DNA of 64,000 bases, filler included, from Octopus bimaculoides (GCF_001194135.2; 5 parts of 4 records of this genome joined end to end with filler, not necessarily neighbours in it), one strand, 5' to 3'; counted from the whole stretch's first letter, positions 1 to 13,524 are shown. Numbers and translations are program-made. The notes: a model not told the origin generated them from the letters alone.

Positions 1-24
1 TATATATATATGTATATATATATG

Positions 25-100
<76 letters not shown>
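1..100. repeat. (TA)n / TATATG microsatellite
   Basis: Direct reading. Confidence 0.95.
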
Positions 101-103
<3 letters not shown>

Positions 104-242
104 ATACATTATCAATCAATATATAACATTTCACTTTGAACTTAACTTGATGTGCAGGTTGAATATTTTCAAATCTAATTATACATTAGATGACACAATA
201 AACAAAACGTTTGTGTTTTCATAAAATGAAACAGTTACTTAC

Positions 243-401
243 CACTGCTGAGCTTCTGGAATAATGTCATCAAATACAACATATATCATTGCACCAGCAG
301 CAAAAGCCAGTGCATAAGGAAGTAATGGTTCAGCAATTGATACTGCCAGGACACCAAAGAGTCCAGCTAAGGGTTCTACCATACCGCTTAGCTGACCATA
401 C
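243..401 (-). CDS. SLC39A11: ZIP11/SLC39A11 zinc transporter, internal exon (penultimate coding exon)
   Basis: cag|G TAT GGT...CAG TG|gtaagt; translates (W)[52 protein letters not shown], close to the vertebrate ZIP11 C-terminal TM region; phase 2-2, in frame with exon 4233-4331. Confidence 0.95.
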
Positions 402-2030
402 CTGCATGATGAAATACAATTAGAAAGACATAATTAGCATTGTGGTTGTGAGTGAAGACAATAAAGAATATAATAGCATATCATTCCTTGATACACATGA
501 GTTTATAACAGTTGATTTCAACCCCACTTTCAACCACATGTGAATTATGAGTTTATCATGTGTGCAGACCTTATTTCAGCCGATCAGAAGTTATTGTTCA
601 CATGACAGTCTGGCAGTAATCACTAGGACGTTCCATGAACAGAGACTACAAATACAGCATTTTAAGTGCGAAAAAAGCAGAGTAAACTCAGACCCCAGTG
701 AGTTCGGTTCGGGATGAATTTCTCTCTCAATCATAGCAGTTTTGTCAGTTCTATACCCAGCATGATAGTACTAATAGCTGTTTTCACACACCTCTATACT
801 CAACACAGAGACGGATGAAAATTCAACATGGCCACATGAATAGGAATCAATATGAAAAATCTGCCTAATTATTAAATTTCTGTTGAAGAATTCCAGCACC
901 AGTGAAACACGATGTTCACATAAGGCTGACTCTGTCTATACTGCATGAACGCCTTGTAATAACATAGCAATAAATGATATATATATAAACTGACAAGTTT
1001 TCCAATCATAACCATGCTACAATTTCATACAGCCATTGATGGGGTTTATTTTTGAATTTAAAAAAATGAGAGAAAAATTTCCCTCAAAAATTATGCAGTT
1101 CGATCATAGAGATAGGTTATGTTTTCAGTAGGTTCCCCAAGTTATTCTGCTTCTAAAAGAAAAAAAAAGAAAATAGTTATTCTGTTTACAGCATTTGTAA
1201 GCTTTCATTGAGAAGATTAATCAATGTATATGTTATCTGTACTCTGTAACCGATCGATGTCCTGAATTTCTGAAGGAATAATAACATTGGCTCAATTGAC
1301 TAACAGTTATTAATAAAATAATTTATAATTTACTAACCTATGATTCATTAAACAGTTTGCCAAGTGTCATCAATCGTTAACCCAGTGGATCTATTTCATA
1401 AACATTAATAATTTTTTATCCATTAGTCATCAGTAAAATTATTTAACATTAATCATTGAGTTATTAAATATAAACCTAATTAACAAATCAAACAATGTAA
1501 GAAAGGTAACTCCCGATGACTATTTATTACCTCCCTTGGGTAAAATATTCTGTTTTGATTTCGGTTTAAGGCAAAACATTTGATAAAAAGAAATTTTCTA
1601 ATTGATTCAATAATAAAATATTGATTTTTTTTTGTTTACACAGGCATAGAGCCATAAATTCTACTGGGAGTGTATCTTAATTTTATCGACACCCAGAAGA
1701 AAGAAAACCAATGCAAATCTCGGTGTGACTTGATTTCGGTTCGTAGAGCGTCCATAACTAAAATGCCCATAATACATTTTCTCCGCTGCGCAACGACCTT
1801 TGTCAATCCACCATCCTTGATTTCTGAATAATATATTACTGATATTTATCGCTACCAATATGATGAAAGACAAAGATTTTTTCCCCAGCAGATTGTGAAC
1901 TGGGAATGAAGTCGATTCAAACGAAACTGTTTTTTTTTATTACGTAACCCATCATCTCCGATTCTCAACTTCCGTAAACTACTGATCTCCCTTCATAAGT
2001 CGTAACATCAACATTAAAGTAGATGATTAA

Positions 2031-2225
2031 GGCGCAAAGCTGGCAGAATCGTTAGCACGCCGGGCAAAATGCTTAGCGACATTTCATCCGTCCTTACGTT
2101 CTGAGTTCAAATTCCGCCAAGGTCGACTTTGCCTTTCATCCTTTCAGGGTCGATAAAATAAGTACTAGTTGAGCACTGGGGTCAATGTAACCGACTTAAC
2201 CCCAGTGTACCAAAATTTGAAACCA
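2031..2225 (+). mobile_element. tRNA-derived SINE, family A (ggcg..gagctggcagaatcgttagc...gagttcaaattccgcc...)
   Basis: Pol III A-box-like TGGCAGAATCG and B-box-like GAGTTCAAATTCC; many copies in the window. Confidence 0.85.
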
Positions 2226-2303
2226 TCATTAAAAGAGATGATCATATTTCATTCAATAGAATGTAATAAATTAGAAGGTGTAATGTAATAAATTAGAAAT
2301 AGA

Positions 2304-2527
2304 AGGTGGCGAGCTGGCAGAGACGTTAGCACACCGGGCGAAATGTTTGGCGGTATTTCGTCTGCTGTTATGTTCTGAGTTCAAACTCTGCCGAGGTCGA
2401 CTTTGCCTTTCATCCTTTCGGAGTCGATAAATTAAGTACCAGTTATGCACTGGGGTCGATGTAATCGACTTAATCCCTTTGTTTGTCCCCTCTATGTTTA
2501 GCCCCTTGTGGGCAATAAAGAATTAAG
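2304..2527 (+). mobile_element. SINE family A copy with target-site duplication
   Basis: Same head; aatgtaataaatta occurs on both sides (2282-2295 and about 2528-2541). Confidence 0.85.
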
Positions 2528-3679
2528 AATGTAATAAATTACAGTTACTTATTTGATTAAATCTGAAACAATGAAAGTTGACAGTAGCATGATATCAACT
2601 GAGCTGGACACATACACTAAACGCTTTTTGTATATTTAATCTATTCTTTGTTCTGCTTACTCGATCTGAAATCTATACAAATGTAGGGGTTTAAACCCCA
2701 AATGCAAGATATTCAGTTAAGGATTCTGAGTGAGCCACCACAGTTTCATGCGATTGGTCGATAAATAAACCAATCAATGTGAAGCTGTGGCATGGAATGG
2801 CTCCTCAGATAATCTAAAATTCACTTCCTTTTCATCCTTTTCAAGTCTGGCACTTAACTCAGCCAGAAGGCCTCAGGCATTCACAGTTCACCTTGGGCCC
2901 TCACAGAAGGCAGACTGCTTTGATTGGACCACCTCAGGCTCGCTCGCAGACAAACCACCTGGATGACTCTAAACACTTACAATGTACCACAACTGGCCTT
3001 CTACAAGTCACAGTGTAACTCTCTCCTCCCAGTTGGTGGTTACATTATCAGCATCTTTCTTCTATAAACAGCTGATGAAGTAAATCATGTCCAACAATAA
3101 ATATGTTAAAAGTTAAAATTTCATGAGCTGCTTTATTAACTATATGCACAACCATCTAGACCACACTATGATGATCTTCAACAATACAACACCCAGCAAC
3201 AAGCTACCACCACGGCAACAGTGACCATGCAATCTGACAAGTGTAAATTTCTATTTGGTTAACATTGCCAACTGGATAATATAACAAAGAGCAGTGCCAA
3301 GGTATGGGCCACTTTGAGCCAGCATTAAAATATGTACCCCTTCTGTCAGTATCAGAGTGTGTATCCTTTTTCTATCTTATTATGCAACTTCCTCCAGCTA
3401 CCATCCTATTTTACAGCAGCTGAAAAGTGCAGCTGGAAAATATAATGATTAACTGCACACAAGAAATCTATAGCTTTATGCTCATATAACAACAAATAAA
3501 ATTGTTACCTGACAAAATTTTAAATATTTCTTGCCAAATAATGTGACAAGTGATAGCACCAAATGGCCCTATCCGGTCTATCCTAGCTGCCCACCAACCT
3601 CTGTCTTCCTCTAAACCAGAAATGACCTTGCTTGCTATCCTCATTAGTAAAATTTCAAATTTTTAAGAAATTTTGCCTA

Positions 3680-4025
3680 AGGGATGGCTGTGTGGTAAGA
3701 AGCTTACTTCCAAACTACATGGTTCTGGGTTCATGGCATCTTGGGTAAGTGCCTTCTACTAAAGCTTTGGGCCTTGTGAGTGAATTTGGTTGATGGAAAT
3801 TGAAAGCAGCCCATCATGTGTGTGTGTGTTTGTGTGTGTTTATCCCCTACCACTGCTTCACAACCAGTTTTGGTGAGTTTACACTTTGGCAAAAGAGACC
3901 AATAAAATAAGTACCAGGCTTAAAAAAAAAAAAAGAATAAGAGGAACAATTCATTTGACTAAGAAATTATTCAAGCATGGTCACAGTGTAATGACTGAAA
4001 TGAGTAAGATAAAAAAGATGTTCAG
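3680..4025 (+). mobile_element. tRNA-derived SINE, family B (ggctgtgtggtaagaagcttgcttcccaaccacatgg...gcaccttgggcaagtg...internal (TA)n(TG)n)
   Basis: Shared multi-copy consensus; degraded copy. Confidence 0.8.
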
Positions 4026-4232
4026 AGTCAGCGTAATGAAAGCCAAACCTGTCCCCACTCCAACCCCTGATTTCAGAGCCCAGATAATTGCCTAGCTTAC
4101 TTTGTGCTTATCAGCAACTCTGAGTATTAATATTACAGCATCAAAATGAAATGAAAAATAAAACACAGAAATCTTTTAATATTCTAATAAATATTGAAGT
4201 AATGAAGAACATAAACATAAAGAGTTCATTAC

Positions 4233-4331
4233 CAGAAAGCTTTCAACATTGAAAAGCCAGCACCACGTAAGGGCAAGCTAACAGCTAAACCTTCAGGAAA
4301 ATTCTGTATTCCAATACCTATAGCCAAGTTT
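4233..4331 (-). CDS. SLC39A11: ZIP11/SLC39A11 internal exon (TM5)
   Basis: tttcag|A AAC...TTC TG|gtaatg; (R)[32 protein letters not shown](W); contains the QNFPEG metal-site motif. Confidence 0.95.
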
Positions 4332-5513
4332 CTGAAATAAAAAATTAAACAAAAATTACATAAAATAAATAAATTGAAGAGAAACCTGAAAAGTGTTTAG
4401 ATAAACTGATAACGTTTAATGATGCTGAAATACAAACTTTATTTCCAAGAAAGCTGCATTTCCAAGAAAGCTGCATCTCTCTCTCTCTCTCTTTCACGAC
4501 GAGACTCACTCTCCCGTTATTTAAAAATCTTTTTTTAGAAGGAAAAGCAATGTTCATAATCCTTTACAGAGTCTCCAAGACTGGTGGGAGGTATACTAAA
4601 CCGACAAAAGGGTTCAGTTGCTTGCCAAAGAATCGACCCTGCTAAAGTTAACCAAGGTGTTAGATGATGGTGTTAAATCTGGTGACAGATTAAGTCTGTT
4701 ACCAATGTAGGCCATGGTGGGATTTGAATTCTTCATTTAATCTACTTAAATTTCAGGGTTATCTCCCCTGCCTTTCTTGTTCATAATTAGTATTTGAGAT
4801 GATATTTCTTCTCCTCACTAAGAGTGTCACTTTAATTAATTAAATTCCTTGGCTTACTACATTATTTACATCAGTACCCCTTTTACTAACTCTAATGGAT
4901 TCTTCTCTTTAGAACTTTCTTGCTGTAAATTATTTCCACTAATTGCACTCACATCTTTTGCTTTAGTATTGCCCCTCGTGAACACAAACATATGCAGTCC
5001 TTCATTTCAAACTTCCTACTTATTTACACAACTTCGTTAATGAGACTGCAACTCCATCTCTTCACATTTATACACCAGTTTTATTCAAGCTATTAAGCTT
5101 TCACATCACAGAAAACTTCCATGAACCTTGAGTCACACCCTTCTATTCAATAAGACGTTTTGTGGGCAATAAACAATACCATTCCGATCAAAGAAGACTT
5201 CCATAGACTGTATGCAATATCCCTCTCTTCAAAGAAGACTATCATAAGCAATGAGTAATAGCTTTCATTCTCAGATAAAATAATAAAAATATAAATTCAT
5301 AAATCCAAGTGCAAAGTAATAAACATAAAAATAAATGAAGGAACATAATGTTAAATATACTTGAGACACAGTTGCTTTAAGTCACTCTGCTATGCTACTG
5401 GCAATATTGTCTCTGCCATAAAATTAATATAGTCTTATAACATTATGTAATTGTTCAAATTTGGGGGTAAAATAATACATCCTTGTCAGCATGGGAAGAT
5501 AATGTAAAAACGT

Positions 5514-5732
5514 TTAACCCTTTAGCTTTTAAACCAGCCATATGTGGCCGAAATATTTTTCCTATTTTATGTTCAAACTAACCAGTTTGAATAACAACCC
5601 TTTAATATCATTCCAAATTAACAGTTACTTCATCAAAATCTCAACGCTACAAGATAATGAATCATTAATTCAAAACAATGTGAATAAATAAGCATTACAT
5701 CTCTCAGAATAATGTGAATGTTGAAGGGTTAA
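5514..5732. mobile_element. piggyBac-type MITE
   Basis: TTAA-CCCTTTAGC ... TTGAAGGG-TTAA termini; related copy at 18271-18500. Confidence 0.75.
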
Positions 5733-6519
5733 ATGAAATGCAATATTGCTCATGCAACAGTTGAATACACAGCTCAAAGCCTTCTCATATCTTTGACACA
5801 AGATCATGAATTTTGGGCAGAGGCATAGATAATTAGACTGACTTCACAGTACTTGACCCCAGAAGGACGAAAGGTAAAGTTGACTCAAGTGGTTTTTCAA
5901 AAACAGGTGTTAAAGGAATGTAATTAACACCAACAAACGTTTTACCTGTTTCTCTGCTATGTATAATAATACTGTACTTGTATAAAATAAAAAAAAAGCA
6001 CTGTAAATCAGTTGTTTAAAGAATAAAATACAAAAGTTAAAGATTCTTTACAATTTCTGTACAAAGTCAGCCTTCATTGAAGCAGACATTCCAGTCATGA
6101 CCATTCCATCATTTTTTTTTCCAAACATAGCATATCCCAAACTACACTACCCATTGTGGCTTATTCCATGTGTGTGTATGAGTGTGTGTGTGAGAGGGAG
6201 GGGAGATAGAGTTCACAACATGTTACTATTTGTTAGTTCTGAGGTTGTTGTTTATCAGGTCTTTTCATAGTCTTGCATTACATTTTATTTTTATTCTGAC
6301 AATTTACCTTATTGTAGCAGTGCCTTGATTTTATGAATGTTTGCTCCCCAGAGAGTCACACAACATTTCTACCAGAAGCCTCAACTTGTCCCACTATTAC
6401 GCAAATGGGACAAACTTACAAAAAACTATTATTCTACATCAGCAGGGAAAAATTATCTCACAGATAAAGAAACCCCCACCACCATCATGACAAAAACAAG
6501 TAAAGAAAAATATACATAC

Positions 6520-6589
6520 CTTGCACTTTCAAATGTTGCAGATTTGCTTTTGCCAATTGCACCAAAGCCTACTCCAACTGCAAGACCCT
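6520..6589 (-). CDS. SLC39A11: ZIP11/SLC39A11 internal exon (end of TM4)
   Basis: caccag|AG GGT...GCA AG|gtatgt; (E)GLAVGVGFGAIGKSKSATFESA(R); 70 nt, phase 1-2. Confidence 0.95.
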
Positions 6590-6699
6590 CTGGTGAAAAA
6601 AATGAAATAATAGGTTTTTAAAAGCTATCAGACTTCAACAAGAGAGCTTAAAATTTTAAAATGTGGCCCAATAAAACAACTTAATTCAGCAAACACCTA

Positions 6700-7100
6700 G
6701 GTGCTGGCATGGCTGTATGGTAAGAAGCTTGCTTCCCAACCACATGGTTCCAGGTTCAGTCCCACTGCATGGCACCTTGGGCAAGTACCCTCTACCATAG
6801 CCTCGGGCTGACCAAAGCCTCATGAGTGGATTTGGTAGACAGAAACTGAAAGAAGCCCATCATATATATATGTGTGTGTGTGTGACTTTTTAGTCTGTAT
6901 TTGACTCCCATCACAGCTTGACAACTGGTGTTGATGTGTTTTATGTACCCATAACTTAGAGGTTTGGAAAAAGAGACCAATAGAATAAGTGCCACACTTA
7001 AAAAAAAAAGCACTGGGGTCAATTCCTTTGACTAAAATAAATTCAAGGTGGTGCCCCAGCATGGCCACAGTCTAATGACTGAAACATGTAAAAGATAAAG
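6700..7100 (+). mobile_element. SINE family B copy
   Basis: Near full-length match to the family consensus, ending gactgaaac(aa)gtaaaaga. Confidence 0.85.
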
Positions 7101-7282
7101 GATAAAAAAACCCTTCGATCCAAACTCACTTCTGTCCATCTATGGGTAATCTTATATAAACCTTGTTATTCCAGCTGTTGCTAATTCATTTACATTGAGT
7201 TTCTTTCTTAGTTTTTCTCATTCATACCTTTGAGCAATTTACTAATTGATAGTAATTTCTGATTAGTAAAAGAGACAAAGTG

Positions 7283-7520
7283 GAGGTGCATGACTTAGAG
7301 GTTAGGGTGTCAGCATCATGATCGTAAGATTGTGGTTTCGATTCCTGGAATGGGCAAGGCACTGGATTCCTGAGCAAAACACTTCATTTCACGTTGCTCC
7401 AGTCCACTCAGCTGGCAAAAATGAGTAACGCTGTGATGGACTGGCGTCCCATCCAGCTGGGGTACACACACACACCATTGAAACTGGGAATCCAGGCTTA
7501 TGAGTCTGGTTAGGCTTTAA
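7283..7520 (+). mobile_element. tRNA-derived SINE, family C (degraded)
   Basis: gaggtgcatgacttagaggttagggt...gtttcgattcctgga head; related copies at 12250-12465 and 59868-59990. Confidence 0.7.
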
Positions 7521-7593
7521 AAGGGTGCATTTATTTATATTAAAAGAGACAAAAGACAGAAGAATCCAAGAAAGAAATCAATTGGAACTGTAC

Positions 7594-7821
7594 CTGGAAT
7601 GTTATGAATTGTTACAGCAACAATCAACAGTAAAATTCTCTTCCAGCTTGCTGCAGCTGATGCTGCTTCCAGACTTTCAGTCAAAGTATCTTTTCCATCC
7701 CCTGTACCTTGTAGAGGTTCCTGGGTGTTGTTAGCTTTTAATAGCTGCCCTTGATCACCTGTAACCATGCGTCGACGTTGAAATGGCATGTGCTGTAAGT
7801 CTTCTATTTGAATAGTAGAAT
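7594..7821 (-). CDS. SLC39A11: ZIP11/SLC39A11 internal exon (cytosolic loop and start of TM4)
   Basis: Ends ...SWKRILLLIVAVTIHNIP G|gtacag and splices to give HNIPEG. The 5' acceptor (tttcaag at 7822) is the best candidate; an alternative cag lies at 7793. Confidence 0.88.
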
Positions 7822-9699
7822 CTTGAAATATAGCAGAGTAAAAAATACAGTAAAAAAATCAGTAAATGAAAAGAGATTAGTTTCCGAAAATATTGGAAAT
7901 TTCTATGTGTGATTTTTTTTTCTTAGCTTCTAGCATCATCCTTTTTATATTAATTCATTTCTGCCAAATGACAATTTAATAGTACTGGCCTTGGGAGAGT
8001 TATCTTATTGATTTTGAGATTGTATTATAAGTCTAATACCAAGGCATTGAAAACTTTCACATCATTTAAATACTGTTATATATATGAAAACAAGGAAATG
8101 CAAATTTGAGAGCAAACGTTTTAGCCTAGTTAGCTAACCTGCTCAGATAAATGCAACACATTTTGTCTTTATTGAAATATGCAACGTATTTCGGCTAAAC
8201 CTAGCACCAATAAGATAGAATAATTCATCAAAATAAAGAATTGTGTATAAACTGGCACTCCGTCGGTTACGATGATAAGGGTTCCAGTTGATCTGATCAA
8301 TGGAACAGCCTGCTCATGAAATTAATGTGCAAGTGACTGAGCATTCCACAAACACATGTACCCTTAACATAGTCTTCAGGGAGATTCAGCATGACACAGA
8401 GTGTGACAAAGCTGGCCCTTTGAGTGTGACAAGAGTAGCTTAACTGATTAGTATAAATAGAGTAAAAAAAAGTCCTCAAATTGATGAGTGGACTGGGTGT
8501 TTTACTGTGGCACCAGCACTAGTGAGATCTGCTTTGGCAAGATTTTTATGGTTGGATGCCCTTCCTAAAGTCAACCACTTTACAGAGAGGACTAGGTGCT
8601 TTTTACATGACACCAATATAAATATTAAAGCCTATTGAAAAGAGACTTACTACAGTATAGACAGAACATACTACAGTTAACTTTAAAAATCTTATGTTTA
8701 AGAAAAATACCAGCAAGGAAATATGTTATTATTTTGTTTTACACTTGGAAACCAAATCAATTAATTAAATATTCCTCTCTGGAGTTTCAAATTGCTTGTC
8801 AAATAATGTATGAAATAACAGAATAAACACAAAGGAAAATTTGGTATATTTCACAGAAGAGAATCAAATAAATTTACTTTAGAGATAATTGTGTTTGTTA
8901 CTTATACAAAAGGACTATAAAATAAGCCAATTCAATAATGAGTCTTTCTCTAATAACAAAATGACATGCAAATGTAATTAAACATATAATATATACAGCA
9001 ACCTACAAGAGAGCTAACTAATAAAGCCATGCAATGATAAAGTAAAAACAAATTAAGAATATGTGAAAAAAAAAAAAATAATAAAAGCAATTACATCCAT
9101 TCTTTTTTCTGCAAAATAATAAGATTAGAAAGGAAACAAAACTACAACACTCTATAACAAAAGAAATCATTATTATCATTATCAATTTTATATTATTATT
9201 ATCATCATTATTATTAATATCATTAACAGCCTTATCTTAATAAGATTCACTGAAGAAATAATTTGCTTGCAAATTAACAAAACACACACAAATAACAAAA
9301 GCACACATGTATAACACAAATATTAGCACAACATTCATGCACGAATACACATATATGCACAAATGTGTGTAGAATTCTTCTTTGTATTTTATTGTATTTT
9401 ATTTATTTATTTTATATATTTACTTTTGTAGTCCTCCTCCCCATATTTCCTCCCACAGATGTTCTCAGCTAAACAACAGAACAGATTTTTCTTCACTAAA
9501 ACTTATTTTTCAGAACATTACATCTAATACTTATTTTACATGTTCAACATTATTAAACTTGCTAAAAGGTGCTATTTTCCTTATGTAAAAAAAAGAAACA
9601 AACAAAAAAACAAACACTGACCCTTAAAGTTAGATCTTCCAAGATTGGTAAGGTGAGCAAAATTGAAATTTAGACTTCATAAGAAGACTGATGCTCATG

Positions 9700-10425
9700 A
9701 GGAAAATATGCATCCTCAAAAACTACAGAATTAGTAGAGATCTTTTACAATTTGAAAAATAAGAGAGCTTGGAAGGTATTGCACTGTCAATAAGTATCCA
9801 CCTCCTGTCCTTGATAATGATGTCAGGCTTGTTGGCTTTTATCTCTTTGTCAGTGATAATGTATGGCTGATGTTCATACTAATTCTCAGTTATCTTAATT
9901 TTATAACTCCTGCATATTTTCCTGTGTAGAGGTGCTGTTGTTTTGCTATGTCTGACAACATATATGGTTGTTGCTAGTTCCAGGCATCTAGAGCCAATGT
10001 GATCAATGATTTCTTTATATTTTCTAAATATCCTGCATTGTCGATCTATTCCATACTTGATGAATTGATGGTAATAGGGTCTAGTTGCAACACCATAGTA
10101 CTGTGATTATAAGACCTCCTGTTTCTGCAACTAGTATGTCTTTACTTAAGCAATTTTTCAATTCTGAATTCCATTCGAATATTGTCATTGAAGATCTTGA
10201 CAACAGTAACCATCTTTGCTGACAGTCAGCCTTCATAAATATCTTGAGGCTATCAATATAGAACAAGTGGTTCTGTGACTTGTACCTCGGAGTGGTTGGC
10301 GTTAGGAAGGGCATCCAGCTGTAGAAACTCTGCCAAATCAGATTGGAGCCTGGTGTAGCCACCTGGTCTACCAGTCCTCAGTCAAATCGTCCAACCCATA
10401 CTTGCATGGAAAGCAGACATTAAAC

Positions 10426-10457
<32 letters not shown>

Positions 10458-10795
10458 CCTATGGCCACAGTTGTTCAGGAGACTGCTGAGTGGTTCTAAA
10501 GCAGGTCAAAAGAGCTGTAATGTTGATTGACCCAAGGAACATGCTGCTTCTTATATTGAGTGGTTCTGATGTTCACGATCCATTTGTATGGTAGAAATTT
10601 AGGGTAGTTAGTCATCCAGGTCTTCATACTTTCTGCAATGAATTTGATGATTGTCAAGCAGACTGTACATCTTGAGGTTCCTCTATCCAGGAGTGTAGCA
10701 CATCGTCAGATGCCTTCTTATAGTCAATCCATGCAGCTAACAGGTTTTTGTCTTTGATTAGACCTCATGTAACAAGGCTTTATCAAAGAATTGCT
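9700..10795 (-). mobile_element. Degraded R4/Dong-like (RLE-class) non-LTR retrotransposon, interrupted by a SINE
   Basis: Minus-strand translation gives AWIDYKKASDDVLHSWI (RT), AETGGLII, IIDHIGSRCLELA...RH..(zinc knuckle) and TDKEIKANKPDIIIKD...LIDSAIP (PD-D endonuclease); many stops and frameshifts. Confidence 0.8.
10265..10457 (+). mobile_element. SINE family D, 3' part with (GAT)n tail
   Basis: ggagtggttggcgttaggaagggcatccagctgtagaaactctgcc...ttaaacgatgatgat; other copies at 27030-27315 (+), 35478-35765 (-) and 21660-21720 (-). Confidence 0.8.
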
Positions 10796-10824
10796 GGCCT
10801 CATTATTATTATTAATATTATTAA

Positions 10825-11380
10825 GGCGGTGAACTGGCAGAGTTGTTAGCATGCTGGGCAAAATGCTCAGCAGCATTTCGTTCTGAGTTCAAATTCCACT
10901 GAGGTTGACTTTGCTTTTCATCCCTTTCGAGGTTGACAAAATAAGTACCAGGGAAGCATTGGGGTCGATGTAATCAACTTAACCCCTCCTCAAAATTGCT
11001 GGCCTTGTGCCAAAATTTGAAACCCTAACTATTATAAGTAGAAGTAGTAGTAGCAGCAACAGTAACAGTAGTGGTAGAAATTTCATCAGTATCATCATCC
11101 TTCTTCTTCTCTTCATTGTCATCATTAACATCATCATCATCATCATCACTATTATTATTATCATTGGCATCAAGCTGGCAGTATCATTAGAAAGAAATGC
11201 TTTGTGGTATTTCTATCTTCCGGCTACACTCTGAGTTAAAATCCCATAGAAATCAACTCTGCCTTTCAAGGTCAATAAAATAAAGTACCAGTCAAGTACG
11301 GGGTGGGGGTGGAGGATGTTAAGTAATCAACTTGCTCCCTCCCCTCAAAATTGCTGGACTTGTGGCAAAATTTAAAACAG
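10825..11380 (+). mobile_element. Two degraded SINE family A copies with (ATC/ATT)n spacers
   Basis: Family A consensus with CpG-to-TpG decay. Confidence 0.75.
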
Positions 11381-11439
11381 TTGTCATCATTGTCATTGTC
11401 ATCATCATTATCTTTATCATTATTATCAAAAGTTATAAT

Positions 11440-12240
11440 ATGCTAACTGAATTAGCTGCAATGTTGTCCTGAGGTTTAGTGACAAGAGCTATTCAAATCT
11501 CAAGAATTTCCACTTTTGTGTCTATAACTTCTTCATTTCTTTGGCTAGGTCCTGATGATTCTCAGTTCCTTTGATGCCCATTCTACTATTACATGGTATT
11601 GCAAAACCTATATTATATTGTTTTACTTTTCCTTTGGTTCTCTAAGATCATATCTGGCTTCTTTGAGTCAATATTATAGTCAACCTCTATGGAGAAATCC
11701 CATAGAATCCTGTAATTATCATTCATAATCACAATCTTTAGCTTAAGTTCATATCACTTTTCCAACACTACAAATTCACAAACTTAGCTAGCATCCCATT
11801 GCACCATTTTATCAACAGTCATACCTGTGCTTACACTCTTTTTGTGCTAGCTTACTGCATTCACTTAAGAGATGTTTAATACTTTTGACTCGCTTTCCAC
11901 ATAATCTGTGTTTGCTCTCTGACTGAGTTTTATCAAACTTTTGTCTTTATTAAATTCATTCTAATGACTTGTTCTTGAGAGGCAACAATTAGGAATTCAG
12001 TTTCTCGGTTTGGGTTTCCATCTCTCAGCCACAACCATTAATTGTCCCCTCCAGCAACCCCAGTTTGTTGCATAAATTAACCATGTAATTCCTTCTCTTT
12101 CCAGCTGTCTTGTTGTTCTTCTTCCTGTTCTTGAATTCTCTTAGTGTTTTAGCAACTTTTTGGATATTTCTGGTTGCAGATAATGTTCTTTATTCACTAC
12201 TCACAAAATAGTTCTTTTAAACCCAATTTCACAGCACTAA
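11440..12240 (-). mobile_element. Second degraded R4/Dong-like LINE fragment (C-terminal zinc finger and RLE)
   Basis: ETEFLIVASQEQVIRMNLIK, LAQKEC, DNYRILWDFSIEVDYNIDSKKPDMIL motifs on the minus strand. Confidence 0.75.
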
Positions 12241-13524
12241 TGGTGTGTGGAGGCATGTGGCTTAGTGGTTAGGGTACTGGATTCATGATCATAAGATTGT
12301 AGTTTCGATTCCTGGACCAGGTAAGGTGTTATGTTCTTGAACAAAACACTAACTTTCATGTTGCTCCAGTCCACTCAGCTAACAAAAGTGAGTAATCCTG
12401 TGATGAACTAGCATCCCATCCAAGAAACCAGCCCTTATGAGTCAGCATGACTCGAGACGGTAACTTTAAATTTTACCACTAATGGTGTCATCTGTACTTA
12501 GCAAACCTCTACCATGTTCCCACTTTGGTAAGCAGAGCCTGTTGATATAACTTTGAGGATGGTGAACATTATGCATTGTATGTAGCTTTCTAGTTCTTAT
12601 ATCCAACTATTATTATTACTATTAAAATTCCACCAAGATTGACTTTGCCTTTCATTCTTTCAGAGTCAATAAAATAAGTACCAGTTCAGTGCTGGGGTTG
12701 ATGTAATCAATTAACTGCCTCCCCACAAATTTCAGGCCTTATGCCTATAGTAGAAAGGATTATTATTATTATAGTAATTATAATAATACTGATGACAACA
12801 TCCAAAGAAACATCATTTTAACTTTATTTCTGACTTCTTCATTTCTCTCCGCCCCCGGTTAAACCGTTCTATAGATTTAAAACACTTCTAATGCACATGA
12901 AGGCATAATCACTAAAAAAAACATTAACTATAACATAAATATTTCTTACAAAAAAAAAAAAAAAANNNNNNNNNNAAAGGATATTATGCATGCATAATTT
13001 TAAAGGCAAAATAGGCAAACTATAAAACAGCAACTACATTATTAGTGCACTACAGTACATAAGGAAATAAATAACACAACAATTGAAGTATATATGTATA
13101 TAACACGTCAGACTCACAGAAAACAATAAAGAAATTAGTATCAGCTCACGATTCAGCATCAATACTTCAGTCTTCGTCAGAAGGAGACAAACAAGAAATA
13201 GTGTTGCATTAGAAAAATATTTTACAGAGAATAAGAAAATGATATAAAGGGATTTATTAACTAAAAGATAATTAACAAATCAGACAATTGTTATTTTATC
13301 TTTATTTTGGTTGAGGTTTTTTGGGGGGTGGGGGTTAGGGGTTGTCTGCTATTGTGTTTGTATAAAGAAAGTAAAATAATTAATTTTAATTGAACATACA
13401 AGAAATCTATAACAAGAGTTTTATAATACAGCAACTGATAAAATCAATGAGCTTTTAATTATACAGCTAGCTAAGGCAATGAGTTGGTTGTATCGTTAGC
13501 ATGCCAAATAAAATGCTTAGGTGT

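Noticed and set aside
4441-4474. 17-bp tandem duplication atttccaagaaagctgc
   Set aside because: Ordinary slippage duplication in an intron, about 110 nt from the acceptor, with no evident function
6337-6621. 94-aa plus ORF overlapping a ZIP11 exon antisense
   Set aside because: No recognisable homology, no donor, and partly explained by the antisense codon structure of the ZIP11 exon
8170-8235. Third hammerhead-like motif (minus strand gcta-ggtt-tagc-cgaaa)
   Set aside because: No adjacent CUGANGA core; too degenerate to support
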